The position numbers and the translations under genes are program-made. From contig OZ245838.1 in the NCBI GenBank assembly GCA_965228735.1, positions 256,001 through 320,000 of the forward strand: a stretch of DNA of 64,000 bases. Reading direction: 5' to 3'. The DNA is from Planctomycetota bacterium. Its GTDB lineage: Bacteria > Planctomycetota > UBA1135 > UBA2386. The notes beneath the pieces were generated by a model, which had not been told where the DNA came from, searched no databases, and saw nothing but the letters and a program-made list of their open reading frames with translations. Below, in pieces: positions 28,650 through 36,947 of this stretch. Position 1 is the first letter of the stretch. Every line of letters begins with the position of its first letter.

Positions 28650-30014
28650 TCAGCGGCGCACGAAGCTCGCGAGCCACAGGTCGCGGGCATAGGGTCTATC
28701 GGCAGCGACGCGATGGCGCCGGAAGCCCGCGCGTTCGAACTCGCGCGTGACGGCGCCCAGCGTGCGCGCGAACCGGGTCGGTGGTTCGCCGGTCAGGCGC
28801 CGGAGCTGGCGCCGCAGGTGGTGGGCGCTGCATGGGTGGAAGAAGCTCACGACGACGAAGCGGCGCGCGACGCGGCAGCACTCGGCGATCGCCCGTTTGC
28901 TCGCGTCGGGCGGCAGGTGGTGCAGGAAGCGGAACTGCACGACGCCGTCGACCGCGCCGTCGCGAAGCGGCACGGCGAGCGCGTCGGACAGCAGCAGCCG
29001 GTCCGTAGCGTGGGCCGCGCGGGCCTGCTGCAGCATCGCGAGCGCGCCGTCGCCGAGCGTGACCTCGTGGCCGAGCTCGTCGCGGAGCCACGGGAGCAGC
29101 CGCGCCGCGCCGCACGGCAGGTCGAGCACCGACTCGCCGCGTTGGCCGGGCCAGACGCGGCGCAGCAGCGCCGCCTCGCGTTCCTGACGCCGCGGGTTGC
29201 GCGTCGCGTAGGCCGCGCTCTTGCCCGCGCGTTCGTAGCGCCTGGCCGTCCAGAGCGGCGGCAGGGCGGCGAGCACGGCGCGCGCGTCATTGCGGCCAGC
29301 GGCGCGGATGAGTCGGACGGCGAACGGCAGGGCGATCACCGGTGCGGCAGCGGGCGTGCCGCGACAGCTGCGGGCGAAGCGCCGCAGGACGCGCCGCAGC
29401 AGGCGCCGGTCGGCCGGGCCCGGTCGACCGATGCCGCCGTTGTGCAGGTCGAGGACGCCGAACGTGCCGGGCTCGCCGGCCGCCGCCGCTGCCGAGCCCG
29501 ATGGCGAGAAGACGTGATCGGGCGCGAGGTCCGGCAGCCGAAAGCCGGCGCCGAGGAGTTGCCCGCAGAATCGCGCGGCCGCGCGCGCGAGGCCAGGGTG
29601 TTGCGACGGCGTCGCGAGCGCCGCGGTCAGCGGTGTGCCGGGCAGCTCCGCGCACAGATAGAACGACGCCGGTCCCCGCCGGCCCCAGGCGACGGGTCGC
29701 GGAGCGGCGATGCCCGCAGCTCGCAGCGCCTGCGTGACCCGCAGCTCACGTTCGGCGTCGCTGCCGGCCGTCGGGCGGGTCAGGCGGAAGCGCAGTCGGT
29801 TCTTCGGCTGCGTCGCGGCGAACGTCTTGAGGAAGTAGGCCCGCTCGTTCCCGGCACTCAGACGCACGACGTGGCGCAGTCGGTTGTCCGGTCCCGCCGG
29901 TCGTGACGGCTGCGCGAGCGTCGTCGCCAGCGTCGCGAACCACTCGCGTTCGCGCGCGTCGTCGGTCAACACCTCCCAGGCGTCGGTTCGGTGGTCGCTC
30001 TCTGGTTCGGTCAA
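28650..30014 (-). CDS. Fusion of WaaP/Kdo/InaA-like LPS kinase domain and class I SAM methyltransferase
   Basis: N-half: YFLKTF, AERELRV..LRAAGIAAPRPVAWG, PDLAPDHVF, VLDLH. C-half: VLDLPCGAARL, DGVVQFRFLHH, ECCRVARRFVVVS. TTG start approximate. Confidence 0.75.
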   Translation of the reverse strand: MTEPESDHRTDAWEVLTDDAREREWFATLATTLAQPSRPAGPDNRLRHVVRLSAGNERAYFLKTFAATQPKNRLRFRLTRPTAGSDAERELRVTQALRAAGIAAPRPVAWGRRGPASFYLCAELPGTPLTAALATPSQHPGLARAAARFCGQLLGAGFRLPDLAPDHVFSPSGSAAAAAGEPGTFGVLDLHNGGIGRPGPADRRLLRRVLRRFARSCRGTPAAAPVIALPFAVRLIRAAGRNDARAVLAALPPLWTARRYERAGKSAAYATRNPRRQEREAALLRRVWPGQRGESVLDLPCGAARLLPWLRDELGHEVTLGDGALAMLQQARAAHATDRLLLSDALAVPLRDGAVDGVVQFRFLHHLPPDASKRAIAECCRVARRFVVVSFFHPCSAHHLRRQLRRLTGEPPTRFARTLGAVTREFERAGFRRHRVAADRPYARDLWLASFVRR

Positions 30015-30096
30015 GGTCTGGCCGCCGACCCTACCGCGCGGGCGCGCGCGTCGCACCAAGCTTGCCGCGTCCGCCTCCGCGTCGCATGATCGCTCC

Positions 30097-31338
30097 ATGC
30101 CGAAGTTCGAGGCGACGCGCGACTTCATCCACGATCTGCCCAAGTCCGACCTTCACCTGCACCTCGACGGCAGCTTGCGGCTCGACACGCTGATCGAGCT
30201 CGCGAAGAAGAAGAAGGTCAAGCTGCCGAGCAGCACGTCCGACGGGCTGCTCGAGCTCGTGTTCAAGCGGGCCTACAAGAACCTGCCCGAGTATCTGCGC
30301 GGGTTCGAGTTCACGGTCGCGTGCCTGCAGGACGCCGAGTCGCTCGAACGCGCGGCCTACGAGCTCGCGATCGACTGCCGCGCGGAGAACGTGTTCTACT
30401 GCGAGGTGCGGTTCGCGCCGCAGCTGCACAGCAGCTCCGAGTTCCCCGTCAGCAAGGTGCTCGCGGCCGTCTGCAAGGGGCTCGAGCGCGCCAAGAAGCG
30501 GATCAACGCGGCGGCCGACGTGCGGCGCGGCGCGGTGCCGCGCTTCGAGTGCGGGGTGATCGTCTGTGCGATGCGGTTCTTCCTGCCCGTGTTCAGCGCG
30601 CAGTATCGCGCCTACTTCGAGGCGTTGCCGAGCGCGCCGGCGAACGAGATCCACGCCCTCGCGTCGCTCGAGCTCGCGCGCGCCGCGGTGGCCGCAGCGG
30701 AGTCCGGGCTGCCCGTCGTCGGGCTCGACCTCGCGGGGCAGGAGCGCGGCTTCCCGGCCAAGGACCACCTCGCCGCGTATCAGCTCGCGCACGACCACTT
30801 CCTCGGCAAGACCGTGCACGCGGGCGAGGACTACGGTCCCGAGTCGATCTTCCAGGCCATCACGGACCTGCACGCGGACCGCATCGGGCACGGCACGTGG
30901 CTCTTCAGCACGCGTCACATCCGCGCTCGGTCGATCGCAGACAAGAAGCGCTATGTCGAACGGCTCGTACGCTACGTCGCCGACCGCCGCATCACGCTGG
31001 AGGTCTGCCTCACGAGCAACCAGCAGACGATCCCCGAGCTGCGCAAGGACCTCTCGAAGCACCCGTTCAAGAAGATGCGGCGCGCGCGCTGCAGCGTCGC
31101 GCTCTGCACCGACAACCGCCTCGTGTCACGCACGACGATGACGGACGAGGTGGAGAAGGCCGCGACGACGTTCAAGCTCGGCGCCCGCGGGCTCAAGGAC
31201 GTGCTGATCTACGGCTTCAAGCGCAGCTTCTTCCACGGCAGCTACGCCGAGAAGCGCGACTGGGTGCGCTCGGTCCTCAACTACCTCGAGGACAAGCTGC
31301 TCGCCGCGGGGCAGGACGTGCGCGGTGGCCGGCGGTAG
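30097..31338 (+). CDS. add: Adenosine deaminase family protein
   Basis: LPKSDLHLHLDGS, EVRFAP, GLDLAGQE, TVHAGE, RIGHG, LEVCLTSN, CTDN. Confidence 0.92.
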   Translation: MPKFEATRDFIHDLPKSDLHLHLDGSLRLDTLIELAKKKKVKLPSSTSDGLLELVFKRAYKNLPEYLRGFEFTVACLQDAESLERAAYELAIDCRAENVFYCEVRFAPQLHSSSEFPVSKVLAAVCKGLERAKKRINAAADVRRGAVPRFECGVIVCAMRFFLPVFSAQYRAYFEALPSAPANEIHALASLELARAAVAAAESGLPVVGLDLAGQERGFPAKDHLAAYQLAHDHFLGKTVHAGEDYGPESIFQAITDLHADRIGHGTWLFSTRHIRARSIADKKRYVERLVRYVADRRITLEVCLTSNQQTIPELRKDLSKHPFKKMRRARCSVALCTDNRLVSRTTMTDEVEKAATTFKLGARGLKDVLIYGFKRSFFHGSYAEKRDWVRSVLNYLEDKLLAAGQDVRGGRR

Positions 31339-31382
31339 GGGATCGACCGGGCGCCTGCGGCTCGATATCGTGTCCGGCGCTC

Positions 31383-32534
31383 ATGAGGAACTCGGTTCGC
31401 GTCGGTCTCCTGACCGTGTTCACGACCACGCTGGGGGCGCAGTCCCCGGGGGGCGCCAACCTCGTCGGCGTGACCCCGGCGCGGGAGTTCGTCGCCGTCA
31501 ATCTGGCGAACGGACTCGCTACCGTCTTGGCGCCGTATCCCCAGATGCCGGAGATGGTCGCGATGGCGTTGCTCAACGGGGCATACTACGGCAGCCTGGA
31601 CAACTGGTTCGTGACGGTCGATCCGGCCGCTGGCGTGGTGACGCCGGTCAACACGTTTCAGCCCGCCGGCGTGCGGATCAACTCGATGGCGGCCGATCCG
31701 ACGTCCGGCGTGCTCTACGGTCTCGACAGCTGGCAGAATCCGCCGCGGCTGTACCAGATCGACCCGGCGACCGGCGCGACGCAGTTCGTTGGCGACACGG
31801 GCCTCGCCAACCGAACGCAGCGGGGTCTCGCCATCGATTCGGCCGGCAATGCCTATGCGTGGGACACGGGGCCGCAGGGCACGTTGACCGGACGCGGCCT
31901 CGTCGCGATCGATCTCACGACCGGCGTTGCGACCGACGTCAACCCGCTCGAGAACGGGCTCGGTGTCACCGACATGGCCTTCGCCGGGGAGGTGCTGTAC
32001 GCATCGGTCGGGCCCACACTCCGCGTCGTCGATACCGTCAGCGGCGAGCTGCGCGGGCAAGTCGCGATGGCGTCCGGTCTCGTCGGCATGGCGTTTACGT
32101 CGCCAGCGAGCGTTCGGGCTCACGGAGTCGGTTGTCTGGGCACGACGTACACGCCGACGCTGATCGCTCGGAGCATCCCGGAGCTCGGTAGCACCTTCGA
32201 GCTCCGCCTCGAGTTGTTGGCCGCGAGCGCTGCGGCGGCGGTGCTGGCGATCGGCTTCGATGGCGACAATTCGGCCTTCGGGCCGTTGCCGTTCAGTCTG
32301 GCCCAATTCGGACTCAGGCCCACGTGTGCGTTGTGGACGAGTGCGGAGTTCTCGCTGTTCTGGGCCTTGCAGCCCAACGGCGCCCTCGGTCTTCCGTTTG
32401 CGGATTACGCGCTGCCGATCCCGGTGGATCCGATGCTGGTCGGCGTCGAGTTCTTCTACCAGGCGCTGGTGAATGACCCAGGGGCGCCGGGTGGAGCGGC
32501 CGTTTCGCGCGCGATCGTGGCGGTCGTGGGCTGA
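31383..32534 (+). CDS. Secreted beta-propeller-like protein with distinct C-terminal domain
   Basis: Signal peptide; repeated blades (VTVDPAAG, YQIDPATG, AIDLTTG, VVDTVSG); C-terminal domain from HGVGC to VSRAIVAVVG*. Confidence 0.75.
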   Translation: MRNSVRVGLLTVFTTTLGAQSPGGANLVGVTPAREFVAVNLANGLATVLAPYPQMPEMVAMALLNGAYYGSLDNWFVTVDPAAGVVTPVNTFQPAGVRINSMAADPTSGVLYGLDSWQNPPRLYQIDPATGATQFVGDTGLANRTQRGLAIDSAGNAYAWDTGPQGTLTGRGLVAIDLTTGVATDVNPLENGLGVTDMAFAGEVLYASVGPTLRVVDTVSGELRGQVAMASGLVGMAFTSPASVRAHGVGCLGTTYTPTLIARSIPELGSTFELRLELLAASAAAAVLAIGFDGDNSAFGPLPFSLAQFGLRPTCALWTSAEFSLFWALQPNGALGLPFADYALPIPVDPMLVGVEFFYQALVNDPGAPGGAAVSRAIVAVVG

Positions 32535-32548
32535 GCGGCCGTTCCGAT

Positions 32549-32787
32549 TCACCCGCCGAGGAACGCGTCGAGCGCGCGCAGCGCGTCGCGGTATTCCGCG
32601 ACGAGCAGCCAATGACGCCGAAGAACCCCTCCTGCACGCGCCACATCGCGGATCAAGTCGCCGTGCTGCGTGCGGTAGTCGAACGCACGGTGCGCACGCC
32701 GCGGAGCACGGCGCGGACCCGTTCTTCCTGCCGGCGCGCCTCGTTCCAGTTGTCGACCTGCAGCGCGATGAGGATCGACACGACGAA
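32549..32787 (-). pseudogene. Fragment resembling a DUF6090-type protein (internally deleted, frameshifted)
   Basis: FVVSILIALQVDNWNEARRQEERVRAVL resembles the ILIALQxxNWNE motif; no start or intact frame; a possible C-terminal piece lies in another frame. Confidence 0.45.
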
Positions 32788-33012
32788 GCGCGGCGGTGGG
32801 GCGAGGAACACGCTGCGCGACGGAATCCCTCGTTCTGGCGTGACGAGGTGGGGCCGCTGGCGTCGAGGGTTCGGGTCGAGGCCGGAGCGGCAGCGGGCCG
32901 TCACCTTGCAGACGTCCGGGCCGCACGCCTCGTCCCCTCTCTCTCGCCAGCGCGGGTCGTTCATCGGCCCGGGCGCTTGCACGCGCGCGCGGCTGGCCCG
33001 AAGATTCGCCCC

Positions 33013-34419
33013 ATGCGCTCCGCCCTCATCGCTGTGCTGCTGCCGGTCGCCGTCCTCGTCGCGCAGGAGTCTCCCGCCTCGGCCGAGAAGATCGACTTCA
33101 GCAAGCAGATCGCGCCGATCTTCGTGTCGCGCTGCATCGAGTGTCACGGGCCCGAGAAGGATAAGGGCGACCTGCGGCTCGACTCGCGAGAGGTCGCGTT
33201 CCCCGAGGGGGACGAGGACTACTGGGCGATCGTCGCGGGCAAGCCCGGGGAGAGCGAGCTGCTGCGGCGCGTCAAGCTGCCGCTCGGTGACGACGAGATC
33301 ATGCCCGAGAAGGGCGAGCCGCTGAGCAAGCAGGAACAGCAGCTCATCGAGCAGTGGATCCGGGAAGGGGCCGAGTGGGGCGAAGCCGGCGACAAGGCGA
33401 TCGCCGACGCGCTGGCCGCGGCCGAGATCCCGATGATCACGTTCGAGCTGCCGCCGCTCGAGGACGGCGCGGACAAGGCGATCGAGGCCGCGATGGCGGC
33501 GCTGCGGCAGCAGGGCGCGGTCGTGCAGCGCGTCGCCGAGGACACCGACGCGATCGACGTCAACCTGTCGCTGCTGCGTGACAAGGTCACGGACGAGACG
33601 CTGAAGCTGCTCGAGCCGCTCGCGCCCCGCCTCGTCTGGCTCAACGTCTCCCGCACGGCGATCACCGACGCGAGTGCTGCCTCGCTCGGCAAGCTGAAGC
33701 AGCTGCGCCGGCTGCACGTCGCGAACACCGCGGTCGGCGACGGCGCGGTGCGCGCGATGGCCGACCTCGAGAAGCTCGAGTTCGCCAACTTCTACGGCAC
33801 GAAGATCACGGACGACGCGCTGCCGTTCTTCCTGCTGATGCCCGCACTGAAGAAGCTGCACGCGTGGCAGACCGGCGTGACTGCCGAGGGTGCCAAGGCG
33901 GCGCGCGATCACTTCGCCAGGTTCGAAGTCGACGTCGGTGACTACGCCGAGGCGCGCATGGCCGCGGCGCAGAAGGAGATCGCCGAGCGCGAGGCCGCGA
34001 AGAAGGCCGAGAAGGACAAGGCCGAGAAGGACAAGGCCGACGCCGAGAAGAAGGCCGCCGAAGCCGCGAAGGCTGCCGCGAAGCCTGCTGGCGCGCCGAT
34101 CAACGACAAGTGTCCGGTGTCGGGCGCGGACGTCGATCCGGCGCACGTCGTCGAGTTCGAGGGCCGGGTCGTCGCGTTGTGCTGCGGCAAGTGCAAGGCG
34201 AAGTTCGAGAAGGACCCGAAGAAGTACGCGGGCAAGCTGCCGGCGAAGACGGCCAAGGCCGGTCCGGTCAACAGCAAGTGTCCGGTGTCGGGCGCGGACG
34301 TCGATGCGGCGCAGGTCGTCGACTTCGAGGGCAAGCAAGTCGCGTTCTGCTGCGGCAACTGCAAGAAGAAGTTCGTTGCCGACCCCAAGAAGTACGCGGC
34401 GAGGATCAAGGCCAACTGA
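33013..34419 (+). CDS. Exported planctomycete-type cytochrome c domain + LRR + two YHS-like Cys-rich domains
   Basis: IDFSKQIAPIF..CIECHG..GDLRLD..MP; LRR-like LVWLNVSRTAITD / LRRLHVANTAVGD; two copies of NxKCPVSG...CCGxCK.KF..DPKKY. Confidence 0.85.
   Translation: MRSALIAVLLPVAVLVAQESPASAEKIDFSKQIAPIFVSRCIECHGPEKDKGDLRLDSREVAFPEGDEDYWAIVAGKPGESELLRRVKLPLGDDEIMPEKGEPLSKQEQQLIEQWIREGAEWGEAGDKAIADALAAAEIPMITFELPPLEDGADKAIEAAMAALRQQGAVVQRVAEDTDAIDVNLSLLRDKVTDETLKLLEPLAPRLVWLNVSRTAITDASAASLGKLKQLRRLHVANTAVGDGAVRAMADLEKLEFANFYGTKITDDALPFFLLMPALKKLHAWQTGVTAEGAKAARDHFARFEVDVGDYAEARMAAAQKEIAEREAAKKAEKDKAEKDKADAEKKAAEAAKAAAKPAGAPINDKCPVSGADVDPAHVVEFEGRVVALCCGKCKAKFEKDPKKYAGKLPAKTAKAGPVNSKCPVSGADVDAAQVVDFEGKQVAFCCGNCKKKFVADPKKYAARIKAN
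34099..34398 (+). repeat. Intragenic duplication (two ~132-nt units, 168-nt period) encoding the YHS-like domains
   Basis: CAAGTGTCCGGTGTCGGGCGCGGACGTCGAT is identical in both copies (units 34099-34230 and 34267-34398). Confidence 0.85.
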
Positions 34420-34426
34420 CGGTCCG

Positions 34427-35212
34427 ATGAGCGATCGCTCCGCGACCGAGTGGGCCGAGTTGCTCGCGCAGAACTGGCAGGCGCGCGCCGCGCTGCCGTC
34501 GCGCGACCTGTTCGTCGCGTCGCACCCGGGCTGGAACGACGAGGCGGCCTGGGAGCAGCACGCGAGCACCGAGCTCGAGCTCTTCCTCGCAGGACTCGAC
34601 GCCGACTGGCTGCGGACCGTCGACGTGCTCGAGCTCGGCTGCGGCTCGGGCCGGCTCGCTCGCAAACTGCGCGAGCGCGCGCGGTCCTACACCGGGTTCG
34701 ACATCGCGCAGGGCATGGTCGAGGCGGCCGAAGCGCGCACGGCGGGCACGCCCGATACGCGCTTCTTCGTCGGTGACGGACTGTCCGTGCCGGCCGGGGC
34801 GCGGGATCGCGAGTACGGCCTCGTGCTCGCCTGTGCGGTCTTCATCCACTGCCCGCGACCGGTGATCGCCGCCAACGTGCGCGACGCGTTCCAGGTGATC
34901 CAGCCGGGTGGCCAGCTGCGCCTGTCGGTGCTCGCGGTGACGGACGATCCCGAAGGCATCGTCGGCTCGCAGGACGCCGTCGCGCGCGCGAGCGACGCGG
35001 CGCAAGGCGACATGCAGCAGGTGATCGACAACCTGACGCCGGAAGAACGGCGCCTCGCGTTCGACACCTACTACATGGGCGATCGGTTCCGGTACGCGGA
35101 GCTCGGCCCCTTCCTGGAGGAGCAGGCCGGGGCCGACGGGCTCGGCGCCAGCGTCGAGCTCTACCGCGGCGATCCCGGCGCGATCTACGCCGCGGTGACG
35201 AAGCCGGCGTGA
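34427..35212 (+). CDS. Class I SAM-dependent methyltransferase
   Basis: VLELGCGSGRL, GFDIAQGM, VFIHCP, PGG. Confidence 0.88.
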   Translation: MSDRSATEWAELLAQNWQARAALPSRDLFVASHPGWNDEAAWEQHASTELELFLAGLDADWLRTVDVLELGCGSGRLARKLRERARSYTGFDIAQGMVEAAEARTAGTPDTRFFVGDGLSVPAGARDREYGLVLACAVFIHCPRPVIAANVRDAFQVIQPGGQLRLSVLAVTDDPEGIVGSQDAVARASDAAQGDMQQVIDNLTPEERRLAFDTYYMGDRFRYAELGPFLEEQAGADGLGASVELYRGDPGAIYAAVTKPA

Positions 35213-35216
35213 TGCC

Positions 35217-36236
35217 CTACTTCAGGATCCGCTCGAACAGCTTGGCGTGCTTCTTCGGGTCCTTGGCCTTCTGCTTCAGCGTCTTCGCGTACTTCTTCGC
35301 CGCGGCCTCGTCGCCGAGCGGGCCGGCCGCCCACTGCGCGGCCTGCGCGAGCATCTTCTCGAACAAAGCGCTGTCCTGCGGCTCGAGCGCGACGAGTCCG
35401 TCGAGCGCCGTGAGGAACGCGCGCGCGGTCGTGTCGTCCTTGACGCCCTTCATCCGGCTGCTGACGACCTGCTCGTGGAGGCCCTTCTCGTTCTTCGGGT
35501 CGAGTTCGAGGGCCTTCTCGATCGTGGTTTCTTCGGCCTGCCCTGACTTCAGCAGCGCTGCGACCGCCTTCTCCACGACCGCCATGTCATTCGAAGCGAC
35601 GGCGGGTCGGGCGATCGTCGCGAGCTGGTTGGCGCCGATCGCGCCGGGCTCCAGGGTGGCGAGCTTGTCGATGGCGAGAGCCTGCACCGCGGCCTTCGAC
35701 GGGCCCTTCGCCGCCTCGAACTTCGCGACGAGCTCCTGGATCTCCGCGAGGTTGCGCTTGCCTTCGGTGCGCATCTGGTCGAGCGACTCGACGTATTTTT
35801 CCGGGCCACCGCGCTGGTAGCCGGTCTTGCCGTAGACGTCGCCGTCGGCCGTCATCAACAGGACGGTCGGGAAGCCCCGGACCCCGTGCTTGTCCTTGAG
35901 CTCGTTGTTGCGCTCCGGGTTCGGGACCTTCGCCTTGGCCTCCTGGCCGCGCGGGAAGTCGAGCGCGACGAGCACGAAGTTCGGCTCGACGCCCTTCTGG
36001 AACGCGTCGTGCGCGAAGACCTCCTCATCGAGCTTGATGCACCAGCCGCACCAGTCCGAGCCGGTGAAGTCGACGAGCAGGTCCTTGCCGGCCTTCCTGG
36101 CGACCGCGGCGGCCTCGTCGAAGTCGGCGTACCAGTGGCCGGCGCCGTGGCCGGTCTGCGCGTCGTCCTGGCCGATGGCGACGGGGGTCAGGAGCGTGGC
36201 GGCGAAGAGAACGGTAGTAACGGATCGTGATCTCAT
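35217..36236 (-). CDS. Exported thioredoxin-family protein with helical C-terminal extension
   Basis: Signal peptide; LLVDFTGSDWCGWCIKL, LDFP, VRGFPT. Confidence 0.9.
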   Translation of the reverse strand: MRSRSVTTVLFAATLLTPVAIGQDDAQTGHGAGHWYADFDEAAAVARKAGKDLLVDFTGSDWCGWCIKLDEEVFAHDAFQKGVEPNFVLVALDFPRGQEAKAKVPNPERNNELKDKHGVRGFPTVLLMTADGDVYGKTGYQRGGPEKYVESLDQMRTEGKRNLAEIQELVAKFEAAKGPSKAAVQALAIDKLATLEPGAIGANQLATIARPAVASNDMAVVEKAVAALLKSGQAEETTIEKALELDPKNEKGLHEQVVSSRMKGVKDDTTARAFLTALDGLVALEPQDSALFEKMLAQAAQWAAGPLGDEAAAKKYAKTLKQKAKDPKKHAKLFERILK

Positions 36237-36327
36237 GGTTCACGAGCGCTTACGACCGCGCGCGAGCTGCGTGCCGGCGGAATGCCGAAGATTCGTCCGT
36301 GTTACAACCGGACTCCCTCTACACCAT

Positions 36328-36819
36328 CTAGTGCTCGTGCCCGCCCGGCCCGTGCACGTGGCCGTGCTGCTTCTCTTCGTCCGTCGCTTCGCGCACGTCG
36401 ACGACCTCGACCTTGAAGCTCAGCTGCTGGCCGGCGAGCGGGTGGTTGGCGGTCACGACGACGCTCTCCTCCTCGATCTTGCGGATCCAGACCGGCATCG
36501 GCTGGCCGTTCGGGCCGCGCGTCTGGAACGACATGCCGGGCTGCAGCTGGACGTCGCCGGGGAACGCCGACTTCGGTACCGACTGCTCGGCGGTCGGGTC
36601 GTACTGGCCGTAGCCCTCCTCCGGGCTGACCTCGACCTCGCAGGTGTCGCCGACGTTCTTGCCGGCCAGCTGCTTCTCGAGGCCGGGGACGATGTTCTGC
36701 GCGCCGTGCAGATAGACGAGCGGGTCGCCGCCGAACGAGTCGTCGGCGACCGTGCCGTCGTCGAGGGTCAGGCGGTAGTGAATGGTCACGGCGTGACCGT
36801 CGGCGATCGCGGGCTTCAT
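36328..36819 (-). CDS. slyD: FKBP-type peptidyl-prolyl isomerase SlyD
   Basis: VTIHYRL, YLHGAQNIVPGLEKQL, PEEGYG, ANHPLAG, His-rich tail HGHVHGPGGHEH. Confidence 0.93.
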   Translation of the reverse strand: MKPAIADGHAVTIHYRLTLDDGTVADDSFGGDPLVYLHGAQNIVPGLEKQLAGKNVGDTCEVEVSPEEGYGQYDPTAEQSVPKSAFPGDVQLQPGMSFQTRGPNGQPMPVWIRKIEEESVVVTANHPLAGQQLSFKVEVVDVREATDEEKQHGHVHGPGGHEH

Positions 36820-36947
36820 TGATGGCCCAGCCTAGACGGGGTGCGGCCGCATGGAACCGCGCCGTGGACAATACGGGGCTTTCTTTGCCAGCGCCGATCC
36901 CGCATAACGGCGCGGCCCCGCTTCCCTAGCCCTCTCTGCGCCGTCCG

